Source of the DNA: Halodesulfurarchaeum sp.
GTDB lineage: Archaea; Halobacteriota; Halobacteria; Halobacteriales; Halobacteriaceae
Direction: 5' to 3'
DNA: 64,000 bases
Assembly (NCBI GenBank): GCA_042216015.1
Contig: JBDGUI010000013.1
Span: 22,838 to 86,837, forward strand
This document shows positions 51,242 to 61,576 of the stretch, piece by piece; position 1 is the first letter of the stretch, and every line of letters begins with the position of its first letter. The notes under the pieces are model-generated. The model was given only the letters and a program-made list of their open reading frames with translations. It was not told where the DNA came from and did not search any database. The position numbers and the translations under genes were made by a program.

Positions 51242-53578
51242 ATGGACGTCGCCGAGGTTGTCCCCGAGTTCGCCGACGTATTCTCCTTCGATTCCTTCAA
51301 CGAGATGCAGCGGACGGCGCTTCCAGCCGTGCTCGAAACGGATGACAACGTCGTCATCAGTGCGCCGACGGGCAGCGGCAAGACCGCCCTCGCGGAACTC
51401 GCGATCATCGAGGCCCTCGAATCCGGTGGCACGGCGCTCTTTGTCGCTCCCATGCGCGCGCTCACGAACGAGAAGGAAAGCGAGTGGGAGCGCATCGAGG
51501 CGCTTGGCTATTCGGTCTACGTGGTGACCGGCGAGCGCGATCTCAATCCTCGGCGCGCAGAGCGCGCGGACGTGCTCGTGATGACACCGGAGAAAGTCGA
51601 CTCTGCCACCCGGAAGCACGACACCCCGCGATACGCCTTCGTCACCGACGTGGACGTGGTCGTTATCGATGAGGTCCACCTGCTCGATTCCCGGTCGCGG
51701 GGAAGCGTGCTGGAGGTGGTCGTCTCGCGGCTCCGGCGGCTGGTCGATCCGCGCTTCGTGGCACTCTCGGCGACCATGCAGAACATCGAGGAGGTCGCCG
51801 CCTGGCTCGACGCCCCCGAGGGGACCACCTTCGACTTCGGGTCGAGCTACCGGCCGGTGGATCTCCACGCCGGGGTAGAGACCTACACCCACGGCGAGAA
51901 CGCCTTCGCGGACAAGTACCGGCGGCTCTACACCGCCCTCGACCTCGCCGAGCCACACCTCGCGGAGGACGGACAGGCGCTGGTCTTCGTCTCCTCCCGC
52001 CAGGACACCGTGAAGGCCGCCGAAACCGCCAGGGACGAGATCACCGAGCGCGACATCCCGCTCGGGGACCGGGGCGATTATGACTTTCACTCGAAAACGC
52101 AGGTGCTTGACAACGACACGCTCCGCCAGTCGATCCTCGACGGGGTGGCCTTCCATCACGCGGGACTCTCGAAGAACGACAAGGACCACGTCGAGGCGTG
52201 GTTCCGTGAGGGGCGGATCGACCTGCTCTTCTCGACGTCCACGCTCGCCTGGGGGGTCAACCTCCCCGCCCGGTGTGTCGTGATCCGCGATACGAAGCTC
52301 CACGACCCGCTCGAGGGCGAGGTGGACATGAGCCCGCTCGACATCCTCCAGATGCTCGGCCGGGCCGGCCGCCCGGGCTACGACGACGTGGGCTACGGCT
52401 GGGTGATCGCCGACCGCGTCGAGGCCGAGAAGTACCGGCGCCTGCTCCGGGACGGAAAGGAGATCGAGTCCCGGCTGGCGGAGAACCTCCCGGAACACGT
52501 CAACGCCGAAATCTCGCTCGGCACGATCGCGGGACTCGAGGACGTCCTCGACTGGCTCGAGACGACCTTCTACTTCCAGCGGGCCGGCTACGCCCCCGGC
52601 GATTCGGCCTACGAGGACGTTCGCGAGCGCGTGCGTGCCGTCCTGGCGGATCTCCTCGACCGTGGCTTCGTCGAGACCGACGGGGAGCTGGTGCTCTCGC
52701 CGACGCCGATGGGCCAGCTGGCCTCCCGGTACTACCTCCGCCTCCCGACCGCAGCGCGTTTCCGGGACCTGGTCGACGTCGAACCCGAGGAGCGCGAAAT
52801 CCTCGCGGCGGTGGCCCAGGCCGAGGAGTTCGACAGCGTGAGCGCGAGAGGCGACGAACGGGACGCCATCGAGTCGGTGCTCGGCCGGGACACCGGCTCG
52901 CACGAGCAGGGGGCCCGGAAGATCCTCGCGATTCTCGAGGCCAGCATGGATGGGGAGTTGCCACCGGAACTCCGCTCGGACGCGTGGGTCATCAAACAGA
53001 ACGCACTCCGGCTGCTCGCGGCCGCCCGGGCCTTCTTCGACCGCTTCGACCGACCGGGGGGCGCGAATCTCTGCCGGCGGCTCGAGGCCCGGGTCGAGAC
53101 GGGCGTCCCGCCCGAAGCGGTCGGGCTCACGGCCATCGACGGGGTCGGTGCGGGGCGCGGGCAACGACTCGCCAAGGCCGGGCTGACGGACCCGGGTGCC
53201 GTCGTCGAGGCCGGGGTCACGGGGCTCGTGGACGCCGGACTCGGCGAGGAAGTGGCGGGAACGGTCGCGAGACAGGCGGTCCAGCTTCCCCGCGTCGAGA
53301 TCGACTGGGGGGACTTTCCCGACTCGGTGCCGGCCGGAGAGAACGACATGCAGGAGGTGACCGTCCGAACCGAGGGTGGGGGCGCCCGACTCGGGGTCAG
53401 GGTGACGGTCAACGGCGTCGAGATGACCCGGTCGGTCCGGTACGTCACCGATGCCGAGACGGTCCCGGTCGGCGTCTTCGGCGCGGATAGCGACGAACTC
53501 ACCTACGCCATCGAGGTCACGTTCCCCGATCACCCGCTCCGGCCGGTCATCGAGACCCGCGCCGTGGCCGTCGAATGA
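51242..53578 (+). CDS. Ski2-like DEXH helicase (Hel308-related)
   Basis: APTGSGKT, IDEVH, LSAT, FHHAGL, TLAWGVNLPA, QMLGRAGRP. Confidence 0.9.
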   Translation: MDVAEVVPEFADVFSFDSFNEMQRTALPAVLETDDNVVISAPTGSGKTALAELAIIEALESGGTALFVAPMRALTNEKESEWERIEALGYSVYVVTGERDLNPRRAERADVLVMTPEKVDSATRKHDTPRYAFVTDVDVVVIDEVHLLDSRSRGSVLEVVVSRLRRLVDPRFVALSATMQNIEEVAAWLDAPEGTTFDFGSSYRPVDLHAGVETYTHGENAFADKYRRLYTALDLAEPHLAEDGQALVFVSSRQDTVKAAETARDEITERDIPLGDRGDYDFHSKTQVLDNDTLRQSILDGVAFHHAGLSKNDKDHVEAWFREGRIDLLFSTSTLAWGVNLPARCVVIRDTKLHDPLEGEVDMSPLDILQMLGRAGRPGYDDVGYGWVIADRVEAEKYRRLLRDGKEIESRLAENLPEHVNAEISLGTIAGLEDVLDWLETTFYFQRAGYAPGDSAYEDVRERVRAVLADLLDRGFVETDGELVLSPTPMGQLASRYYLRLPTAARFRDLVDVEPEEREILAAVAQAEEFDSVSARGDERDAIESVLGRDTGSHEQGARKILAILEASMDGELPPELRSDAWVIKQNALRLLAAARAFFDRFDRPGGANLCRRLEARVETGVPPEAVGLTAIDGVGAGRGQRLAKAGLTDPGAVVEAGVTGLVDAGLGEEVAGTVARQAVQLPRVEIDWGDFPDSVPAGENDMQEVTVRTEGGGARLGVRVTVNGVEMTRSVRYVTDAETVPVGVFGADSDELTYAIEVTFPDHPLRPVIETRAVAVE

Positions 53579-53611
53579 GGTTTAAATCCGAAGACCGGGC
53601 CAGGGAGGGCC

Positions 53612-54343
53612 ATGCAGGACGCGATTCGAATGATCGCCGGTCGATGTACGGTCCGTCACGAGGCAGACGAGCAGTCAGAATCGGAGGGCGACGTGGTCGT
53701 GCTGGTCAAGCCCGACAACACGGTGCTCGTGCACGACGCGTCGGGGTACCGACCGGCCGGGTGGCTGACGCGAGCGGATTCGGTCCAGCTCTCGCTGTCA
53801 GAGCGCTCCTTCGAGCTTCACGCAAACTCGGGCGGGGAGACCCTCCAGGTCACCGGCGAGGACCCCACGGTCGCGGAGCTCCCCGCGACGACGGCAGGCC
53901 CCGTCGTCGGAACCTGTCCGGACTGTGCGGCCACGATGGTCCGGGCCGCCGGGGAGGTCTCCTGTCTGGGCTGTGGGGCCACGTATCCCCTTCCGCGGAA
54001 CGCGGCGGTCACGGACTCGACCTGTGAAACCTGTGACTTGCCAACCATCTCGCTCACGCGGGGAACCGACCTCGAGGTCTGCCTCGACCGGGAGTGTGAC
54101 CCGATCGACGCGGTCGTGCGGGCGACCTTCGAGGGCGAATGGCACTGTCCGACCTGTGGGTCGACCCTGGAGATCGCCCGGGCCAGAACCCTGGGTGCTC
54201 GGTGTCCGACCTGTGAGACCCACTTCCCGATCCCGGACGGGAGGGTCGCCGGCACCTGTGACTGTGGGCTCCCCTGGTTCGAGACCGACCACGGCGGTCG
54301 GTGTCTCGACCCGGCGTGTTCGGCGGCGACGCCGACGCTCTGA
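53612..54343 (+). CDS. NucS-like N-terminal domain plus multiple C4 zinc-ribbon protein
   Basis: VVLVKPDNTVLVHD...PAGW followed by repeated CxxC pairs. Confidence 0.75.
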   Translation: MQDAIRMIAGRCTVRHEADEQSESEGDVVVLVKPDNTVLVHDASGYRPAGWLTRADSVQLSLSERSFELHANSGGETLQVTGEDPTVAELPATTAGPVVGTCPDCAATMVRAAGEVSCLGCGATYPLPRNAAVTDSTCETCDLPTISLTRGTDLEVCLDRECDPIDAVVRATFEGEWHCPTCGSTLEIARARTLGARCPTCETHFPIPDGRVAGTCDCGLPWFETDHGGRCLDPACSAATPTL

Positions 54344-54425
54344 CCCGGTCGCTGGGACTCGGGCCGACTCACTCCAGCCGGGCCCCGAGAGTCACATTGA
54401 TGCGGGCCCCGTCCCAGTGGCCGGT

Positions 54426-55532
54426 ATGGACGGCGCGTTGCGGGATGGAGAGATTCACGTCGGCGGGGACGCGAAGCAGCGCTTTCACGACTCCCGGGGG
54501 TATGGCCGCCCCCTGACGGGCGATTCCATCGCTCTGGCGCCGGTCGAGGCGGCCCACCTCCTCTACCGGGGTGACCTCGACTCGGTCTCGGGGATGGGAT
54601 TCCGGGCGTTCCTCGCCAGCCGGGAGCCGGGCTTTGCCCCCCGCTTTCTGGTCTACGTCGATCTGCGGGACCGGGGATTCTACCTCTCGCCCGCACGCGA
54701 TGGATGGATCCCCGAAGGAATCGACGCCACCGGTGACGGCCGGGACGAGGCTTCCACGGGCGGCGGGTCGGACCGCGATGGAACCACCCCGACGGATCCG
54801 GACTTCGTGGTCTATCCGCGGGGGAAGGGCCCCCAGAACGGTGCGGTCGCCCATCGAGTGACGGTCGTCGGGGAGCGGGCCGAAATCCCGGGAACGGCAC
54901 TCCGTCCAGGGGTCATCGCCGTGGCCGACGAGGAGGGCGACCTGACCTACCTTGAAGTCTCGGCCTTCGATCCGGACGGCGAGACCGAGTTCGAGCCGCG
55001 GGGAACGGTCTCCGGTTCGCTTCTCGACGACCGCGTGCTCGTCTTGGACCCGCCCGGACGTCTCCACGAGGACGGCTTCTACGGCCAGCCGCTCGCGGGC
55101 CGAGGGGCGACACACGACGTCCTCCACCTCTCGCTGCTCGAAGCGGCGGACCTCGCGGCTCGGGGAGTCCTGGGAATCGAATCGGGGGATGGCGTCGAGG
55201 CGATTCTGGACCGTGGCAGGGCGGTCGAGGGGGAGCGCTTCGACCGCCGGCTCCGGGTCTATCGGACCCTCCGGGATCGCCACACCGCTCCCCGGACCGG
55301 GTTCAAGTTCGGGGCGGACTTCCGGGTCTACCGGGCCGTGGAATCCGCCGCCGACCTCGGCCACTCAGCGTTTCTGGTCCGGGTCCGCCGGGCGGATCAC
55401 GTCTTCGGCCCACGCGATCTGGCCCTCGACGTGCGGATGGCCCACGGGGTCAGGAAACGAATGGTTTTTGCGCTCGACGGGGCCAAGGGCGAACAGACAC
55501 GGTGGCTCGCGGTGAGTCGCCTCACCCCCTAA
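54426..55532 (+). CDS. endA: tRNA-intron lyase (splicing endonuclease)
   Basis: VEAAHL, VYVDLRDRG, RTGFKFGADFRVY, RMAHGVRK. Confidence 0.93.
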   Translation: MDGALRDGEIHVGGDAKQRFHDSRGYGRPLTGDSIALAPVEAAHLLYRGDLDSVSGMGFRAFLASREPGFAPRFLVYVDLRDRGFYLSPARDGWIPEGIDATGDGRDEASTGGGSDRDGTTPTDPDFVVYPRGKGPQNGAVAHRVTVVGERAEIPGTALRPGVIAVADEEGDLTYLEVSAFDPDGETEFEPRGTVSGSLLDDRVLVLDPPGRLHEDGFYGQPLAGRGATHDVLHLSLLEAADLAARGVLGIESGDGVEAILDRGRAVEGERFDRRLRVYRTLRDRHTAPRTGFKFGADFRVYRAVESAADLGHSAFLVRVRRADHVFGPRDLALDVRMAHGVRKRMVFALDGAKGEQTRWLAVSRLTP

Positions 55533-55533
55533 C

Positions 55534-57084
55534 ATGACAGAGGACACATCACCCGAGGATCGGGCGGCGGGGGCCGACGAGGTCACCCTGGACCCGTGGG
55601 GCTCCTCGACGATCGCGGATTACCGCTCGCTCTTCGAGGAGTTCGGAATCGAGGCCTTCGAGGCGCTCCTGCCCGAGGTCCCCTCGCCACACTACCTGAT
55701 GCGGCGGGCGATCATCTTCGGCCACCGGGACTACGACCGCGTCGTCGAGGCCATGCGTACGGACCGCCCCTTCGCCGCCCTCTCGGGGTTCATGCCGACG
55801 GGCGACCCGCACATCGGCCACAAGCTGGTCTTCGAGGAACTCATCTGGCACCAGCAGCAGGGCGGGGACACCTACGGCCTCATCGCGGACCTCGAGGCCC
55901 ACAGCGCTCGCGGCCTGTCGTGGGACGAGATCGACGAGCACGCAGAGGACTACCTCCTCTCCCTGCTGGCCTTCGGATTCGATCCCGAGGAGGGGACCCT
56001 CTACCGCCAGTCCGAACGCCGCGAGGTGCAGGACCTGGCTTTCGAGCTGGGCATCGAGGCGAACTTCTCGGAACTCGGGGCCATCTACGGCTTCGACGGC
56101 GAGACCGACATCTCCCACATGCAGAGTGTCGTGACACAGGTCGCGGATATCCTCTACCCGCAACTCGAGGAACCGAAGCCGACGGTGATTCCGGTCGGGC
56201 CGGACCAGGACCCGCACATGCGGCTGTCCCGGGATCTCGCCTCGCGGATGCGGTACTTCGGCGTCACGCGTGCGTACGCGAGTTTCGAGGCGGAGCCTGC
56301 GGAGTTGGCCCACATCGAGCGGGCGTCCGATGCCCTGGCGGACCAGGAAACGGTGCGCTGTGCGGACGCCGCGGACTGGCTCGAGGACGACGGGTCCGAT
56401 CCAGTCGCGGAGGGGGTCGGCGCGGTCGACGACTCGGGCCGCTCCGGTGCCATCGAGAAACTCAGGGCCGCCGGCCAGGAACCGCTCCGGCCGCGGGTCC
56501 GCTTCCTCGACCGGAACGCGACGGCGGAAGCCTTCGAGGGACTCATCGAGGCGATCGAGGGCGAAAAGCGGGTGTACGACGAACACGTCGACGCCTTCGA
56601 CATGGATCGGGCGGACGCCGAGGCACTCGCCCGGGAGGTCGAGGTCGAACACGGCGGCTACGGCTTCGTCCAGCCCTCCTCGATCTACCACCGCTTCATG
56701 ACCGGGCTCACGGGAGGGAAGATGTCCTCCTCGATCCCGGCCAGTCACATCAGCCTCCTCGACGACCCCGAAGAGGGAGCCGAGAAGGTCCGCTCGGCGA
56801 CCACTGGCGGACGCGAAACCGCCGAAGAGCAGCGCGAACTCGGCGGCGAACCCGACAGGTGCCCGGTCTACGAACTCTACGCCTACCTGCTGGCCGGGGA
56901 CGACGACTCCTACGCCGAGCGGGTCTACGCGGAGTGTGAGGGCGGCAAACGCCTGTGTGGCGGGTGCAAGGCCGAGGCCGCAGAGGAGATGGAGACGTTC
57001 CTCGCGGAGCACCAGGAGCGCCGGGAGGAACTCCGTCCGGTCCTCGAGGATCTCGACGTCGCGATCAGCCCCGACCGGATCTGA
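55534..57084 (+). CDS. trpS: Tryptophan--tRNA ligase
   Basis: GFMPTGDPHIGH, PVGPDQDPH, GGKMSSS, CGGCK. Confidence 0.95.
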   Translation: MTEDTSPEDRAAGADEVTLDPWGSSTIADYRSLFEEFGIEAFEALLPEVPSPHYLMRRAIIFGHRDYDRVVEAMRTDRPFAALSGFMPTGDPHIGHKLVFEELIWHQQQGGDTYGLIADLEAHSARGLSWDEIDEHAEDYLLSLLAFGFDPEEGTLYRQSERREVQDLAFELGIEANFSELGAIYGFDGETDISHMQSVVTQVADILYPQLEEPKPTVIPVGPDQDPHMRLSRDLASRMRYFGVTRAYASFEAEPAELAHIERASDALADQETVRCADAADWLEDDGSDPVAEGVGAVDDSGRSGAIEKLRAAGQEPLRPRVRFLDRNATAEAFEGLIEAIEGEKRVYDEHVDAFDMDRADAEALAREVEVEHGGYGFVQPSSIYHRFMTGLTGGKMSSSIPASHISLLDDPEEGAEKVRSATTGGRETAEEQRELGGEPDRCPVYELYAYLLAGDDDSYAERVYAECEGGKRLCGGCKAEAAEEMETFLAEHQERREELRPVLEDLDVAISPDRI

Positions 57085-57153
57085 ACTGGCGACACACCGA
57101 TATGGGGGATTGGGTTCGCAACGCTTTTGTCCGTGCTCGTGGCAGTCGTACTC

Positions 57154-57237
57154 ATGCTTGCCGAATCCGCAAGCGGGATGCACGGTGTCGGCGAAACGCC
57201 CCGCAGCCAGGGATTCGGCTTCTTTTTCGGGGCCTGA
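57154..57237 (+). CDS. Putative Phe-rich leader peptide of pheST (27 aa)
   Basis: MLAESASGMHGVGETPRSQGFGFFFGA*; CTTTTGT box at 57124-57130; ends 34 nt before pheS. Confidence 0.6.
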   Translation: MLAESASGMHGVGETPRSQGFGFFFGA

Positions 57238-57271
57238 CTCGCATCGATCGAACCGACGACTCCAGCAGACG

Positions 57272-58777
57272 ATGAAACTCCCACCAACGCAAGTCGCGGT
57301 GCTCGAAGCGGCGAGCGCCGACGACCCGACCGACGTCGACGAACTCGCGGCACAGCTCGCAGAAAAACCCGAGACGGTCACGGGCGCAGCCTTCGCCCTC
57401 GAGGAGGAGGGCCTGCTCTCGATCACCGAGACCGAGGACATCGAGGTCTCGCTGACCGCGGAGGGCCGCCGCTACGCCGAAAACGGACTCCCGGAGGTTC
57501 GGCTGTACCGGGCCGCGATCGAGGCCGGCGCGGAGACCGAACCCGTCCCGATGGGCGAGGTGATCGCGGCGGCCGGTCTGGACGGCCAGGCCGTCGACAT
57601 CGCGCTCTCGAACTTCGCCCGGAAGGGCTACGGCGAGATCGAGTCGGGCCAACTCACCGCCGCCCCGGAAGTCGACCCCGAGGCGGACGCCGAGGCCCGG
57701 GCCCTCGAGGCGATCGCCGAGGGCGAGGCCGTCGACGAGAACGTCCGGGCGTCCCTCGAATCCCGGAACCTGATCGAGACCACCGAGCGCACCCGACGGG
57801 CCGTGACGCTCACCGAGGACGGGGTGACCGAACTCATGGCCGGCGTCGAGGTCGCAGAGCGGGTCGACCGGCTGCGGCCCGAGCACCTGAGTTCGGGGGA
57901 CTGGGAGGACCTCGCGTTCGCGGCGTACAACGTCGAGGCCGAGGCGGAGGCGCCGACGCCGGGCAAGCGACACGTCCTCCGACAGATGGCAAAGCGGGTG
58001 AAGGAGGTACTCGTGGGCATGGGCTTCGAGGAGATGCAGGGTCCCCACGTCGACGCGGACTTCTGGATCAACGACTGCCTGTTCATGCCCCAGGACCACC
58101 CCGCACGCACCCACTGGGACCGGTTCGCGCTCGCCTCGCCGAGCCGGATCGACGAACTCCCCGAGGAGCTTTTAGAACGGGTCGAGCGGGCCCACCGGGA
58201 GGGCGTTGGAGCGGACGGCGAGGGCTATCACTCGCCGTGGACCCGCGAGTTCGCCTCCGAACTCGCGCTTCGCGGCCACACGACCTCGCTCTCGGCCCGG
58301 TATCTCTCCGGGGAGCAGGTGGGCGACCTCGAGCCGCCCCAGCGCTACTTCAGCGTCGAGAAGGCCTACCGGAACGACACCCTCGATGCGACCCACCTCC
58401 TCGAGTTCTTCCAGATCGAGGGGTGGGTGATGGCCGAGGACCTCACGGTTCGGGACCTGATGGGGACGTTCACGGAGTTCTACAGCCACTTCGGCATCAC
58501 CGATCTCCGCTTCAAGCCGACCTACAACCCCTACACCGAGCCGAGCTTCGAACTCTTCGGTCGCCATCCCGAGACCGACGAACTCATCGAGATCGGCAAC
58601 AGCGGGATCTTCCGCCCGGAGATGCTCGAACCGCTCGGCGTCGAGGCCGACGTGATGGCGTGGGGGCTGGCCCTCGAACGCCTTCTGATGCTCGTCTCCG
58701 GGTTCGAGGACATCCGGGACGTCCACGGGACACTCGCCGATCTCGACTTTCTCCGATCGGTGGAGGTGGAGTACTGA
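57272..58777 (+). CDS. pheS: Phenylalanine--tRNA ligase alpha subunit
   Basis: GLPE, LFMPQDHPAR, LRGHTT, YRNDTLDATHLLEFFQ, YNPYTEPS, AWGLALER. Confidence 0.97.
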   Translation: MKLPPTQVAVLEAASADDPTDVDELAAQLAEKPETVTGAAFALEEEGLLSITETEDIEVSLTAEGRRYAENGLPEVRLYRAAIEAGAETEPVPMGEVIAAAGLDGQAVDIALSNFARKGYGEIESGQLTAAPEVDPEADAEARALEAIAEGEAVDENVRASLESRNLIETTERTRRAVTLTEDGVTELMAGVEVAERVDRLRPEHLSSGDWEDLAFAAYNVEAEAEAPTPGKRHVLRQMAKRVKEVLVGMGFEEMQGPHVDADFWINDCLFMPQDHPARTHWDRFALASPSRIDELPEELLERVERAHREGVGADGEGYHSPWTREFASELALRGHTTSLSARYLSGEQVGDLEPPQRYFSVEKAYRNDTLDATHLLEFFQIEGWVMAEDLTVRDLMGTFTEFYSHFGITDLRFKPTYNPYTEPSFELFGRHPETDELIEIGNSGIFRPEMLEPLGVEADVMAWGLALERLLMLVSGFEDIRDVHGTLADLDFLRSVEVEY

Positions 58778-60492
58778 TGCCGGTCGTCGACGTCGATGCC
58801 GACGAACTCCGGGAGCTGACCGGTCGAACGGAGAAGACTGAGGACGAACTCAAGGACGACCTCTTCACCCTCGGGATCGAGTACGAGGGCGAGACCGAGG
58901 ACGGAAAGATGCGCCTCGAGTTCGAGGCCGACCGGCTCGACCGGCTCTCGATCACCGGCATCGCCCGCTCCCTGTCGTATCATTACGGCGATCTCTCGGG
59001 GATTCACGTGCCGGACACGAACGACCCCGACTGGACGATCGAGGTCGCAGACAGCGTGCCCGACGAGCGCCCGTACGTGACCGGCGCCGTCATCAGGGGG
59101 CTCGACCTCGACGAGACGGACCTCGAGGCGATCATCCAGCTCCAGGAGAAGCTCCACGCCACGATGGGGCGCAAGCGCGCGAAGGGGGCGATCGGGGTCC
59201 ACGATCTGACGATGCTGAAGGGCGGGTCGGCCAGAGGAGGTGCGGAAAACTCCATCCGCTATGCGGGCGTCGAGCCCGATGGCGATCGCTTCGTCCCTCT
59301 CGACAGCGACAGCGCGATGACGCCGGCCGCGGTACTCACCGAGCACTCGACCGGCCGTGAGTACGCCGATCTGGTCGCCGAGTACGACCGCTACCCGGCC
59401 ATCTACGACGACATCGGCCTGTTCAGCTTCCCACCGGTGATCAACGGCGCCCGCACCGAGGTCTCGACGGAATCCCGGGACCTCTTCGTCGAGATGACGG
59501 GGACCGACCAGTGGACCATCGACAGGATGCTCGCGATCATGGTGTATGCCCTCGACGCCCGGGGCGGGCAGGTCGAGGAGGTCCAGATCGCCTATCCCGA
59601 CCGCGAACTGGTCCGCCCGGACCTCTCACTCTCCACGAAGACCCTCTCTCACGACCGGGTCGAGAACACGCTCGGCCTCGATCTCGAACCGGCGCAGGTC
59701 CGCGAGCTGCTCGAGCGATCCGGCCTCGAGGTCGACGACGCGGCATCCGGGACGACTCCCGACAGCTACGAGGTCCTGGTCCCGGCCTATCGGGTCGACG
59801 TGCTCCACCCGGTCGACCTGGTCGACGACATCGGGCGAGCCTACGGCTTCAATCAACTCGTTCCGCGGTACCCGGACGTGAGTACGGTCGGGGCCCGGAC
59901 CGAGGACTCACGCCACGAGGAGGCCGTCCGCGATCTGCTGCTCGGGCTCGGATTCGAAGACCTCCTCAACTTCAATCTCACGAGCCCCGTGGAACTGTTC
60001 GACCGAATGGGTCTCGATCCAGGGGCCGAGGCCCACGGGGCCAGCGACCCGCCGGAACTCGTCGAGTCCTACAGCGAGGACTTCACGGTGTTGCGAACCT
60101 GGGCGCTCCCCTCCCTCGTGCAGGTACTCGAGAACAACACCCATCGCTCGTATCCCCAGCACCTTGCGGAGATCGGATTCGTGGCCGAAATCGACGAGTC
60201 GACCGTGACCAACGTGGCAGAGCGCCGCTCCGTGGCCGCGGTCCTCGCGGAGCCCGAGGCGTCCTACGAGACGGCGAAGGGTCGGTTGCAGGCGCTGGCG
60301 CGCAATTTCGGCGTGGAGCTGGAAACGCCCTCGACCTCCCACCCGAGCTTCATCGAGGGACGCGTGGCGGACGTCGTCCTCGACGGTACCGTCGCCGGCG
60401 TCATCGGCGAACTCGACCCGGCCGTGCTTGAGGAGCACGACCTCGAGGTGCCGGTTTCCGGGTTCGAACTCGACCTCGAAGCCCTTCGTTAG
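58777..60492 (+). CDS. pheT: Phenylalanine--tRNA ligase beta subunit
   Basis: TGATG coupling to pheS; QEKLHATMGRKR, SFPPVING, YRVDVLHPVDLVDD. Confidence 0.96.
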   Translation: MPVVDVDADELRELTGRTEKTEDELKDDLFTLGIEYEGETEDGKMRLEFEADRLDRLSITGIARSLSYHYGDLSGIHVPDTNDPDWTIEVADSVPDERPYVTGAVIRGLDLDETDLEAIIQLQEKLHATMGRKRAKGAIGVHDLTMLKGGSARGGAENSIRYAGVEPDGDRFVPLDSDSAMTPAAVLTEHSTGREYADLVAEYDRYPAIYDDIGLFSFPPVINGARTEVSTESRDLFVEMTGTDQWTIDRMLAIMVYALDARGGQVEEVQIAYPDRELVRPDLSLSTKTLSHDRVENTLGLDLEPAQVRELLERSGLEVDDAASGTTPDSYEVLVPAYRVDVLHPVDLVDDIGRAYGFNQLVPRYPDVSTVGARTEDSRHEEAVRDLLLGLGFEDLLNFNLTSPVELFDRMGLDPGAEAHGASDPPELVESYSEDFTVLRTWALPSLVQVLENNTHRSYPQHLAEIGFVAEIDESTVTNVAERRSVAAVLAEPEASYETAKGRLQALARNFGVELETPSTSHPSFIEGRVADVVLDGTVAGVIGELDPAVLEEHDLEVPVSGFELDLEALR

Positions 60493-60522
60493 TTCGCGGG
60501 CTGCCGACGGGGATCGCCCTTC

Positions 60523-61572
60523 TCATTCCAGGTCCGCACCGACGGCCGCCTCGACGGAGTCGAAGCCGTCGGCCTCGAGCAGGTCGAGCAGCCCCTCGTT
60601 GATGTCCCGCGCGACGGTCGGGCCCTGGTAGATGAAGCCGGTGTAGAGCTGGACGAGGTCCGCGCCGGCTCGGATCTTCTCGTAGGCGTCCTCGGCCGTG
60701 AAGATGCCACCGACCCCGACGATCGGGAGGTCGGTTCGCTCCGCGACGAAGCGGACCGTCTCGGTCGCCCGGTCGGCTATGGGCTCCCCGGAGAGGCCGC
60801 CGGATTCCTCCGCAGCGGCGCTTGCGAGGGTCTCCGGCCGGTCGATGGTCGTGTTCGTCGCCACGATGCCGGAGAGGCCCACCTCCTCGGCGAGGTCGAC
60901 CACGTCGGCGATCGCCTCCCGGTGGAGATCCGGGGAGAGTTTCACGAGCAGCGGATCGGCTCCGGCCCCGACGAGCGTCCGGAGAATTCGTTCGAGGGGC
61001 TCCCTGTCTTGCAGTTCGCGGAGCCCCGGCGTGTTCGGGCTGGAGACGTTGACCACGAAGAAATCGGCGTGGGGGGCCAGGCGCTCGTAGGTGTACAGGT
61101 AGTCCGAGGCGGCGTCCTCGAGGGGCGTGGTCTTCGTCTTGCCGATGTTGGCCCCGATCGGGACGGTGGGCTCGACGGTCGAGAGCCGATCGGCGATCGC
61201 GTCAGCGCCCGCGTTGTTGAATCCCATCCGGTTGATGATGGCTCTGTCCTCGGGGAGTCTGAAGAGTCGGGGTCTGGGATTGCCGGACTGGCCCTCCGCC
61301 GTGACGGCCCCGATCTCGACGTGCCCGAAGCCGAGGGCGCCGAGCATTGTGGGGATTCGTGCGTTCTTGTCGAAGCCGGCGGCGACGCCCACGGGGTTGT
61401 CGAAGGGAATGCCGAAGACGCTTGTCTCGAGGCGCGGGTCCTCGACCTGCAGGTACGTTGCGAGTGCCGTCCGGATCGGTCCCCACTGTCCCGCCCTGAG
61501 TGCCGTCACCACGGTCTCGTGGGCGGTTTCCGGCGGCAGGGCAAAGAGTAGCCGCCTGAGGGAGCGATACAT
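60523..61572 (-). CDS. pyrD: Quinone-dependent dihydroorotate dehydrogenase
   Basis: NPVGVAAGFDKN, GNPRPRLFRL, INRMGFNN, NVSSPNTPGLR, GGLSG. Confidence 0.96.
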   Translation of the reverse strand: MYRSLRRLLFALPPETAHETVVTALRAGQWGPIRTALATYLQVEDPRLETSVFGIPFDNPVGVAAGFDKNARIPTMLGALGFGHVEIGAVTAEGQSGNPRPRLFRLPEDRAIINRMGFNNAGADAIADRLSTVEPTVPIGANIGKTKTTPLEDAASDYLYTYERLAPHADFFVVNVSSPNTPGLRELQDREPLERILRTLVGAGADPLLVKLSPDLHREAIADVVDLAEEVGLSGIVATNTTIDRPETLASAAAEESGGLSGEPIADRATETVRFVAERTDLPIVGVGGIFTAEDAYEKIRAGADLVQLYTGFIYQGPTVARDINEGLLDLLEADGFDSVEAAVGADLE

Positions 61573-61576
61573 GCCC

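Noticed and set aside
56260..56660. Large internal insertion in TrpRS, possibly an intein
   Set aside because: No intein terminal motifs (C/S start, HN end); long TrpRS forms are, to my knowledge, usual in haloarchaea
61283..61294. CCGGACTGGCCC matches to the element core (also near 23634)
   Set aside because: Inside pyrD and thiL coding sequence, only about 12 nt, and without the TATA or ATG-stop context
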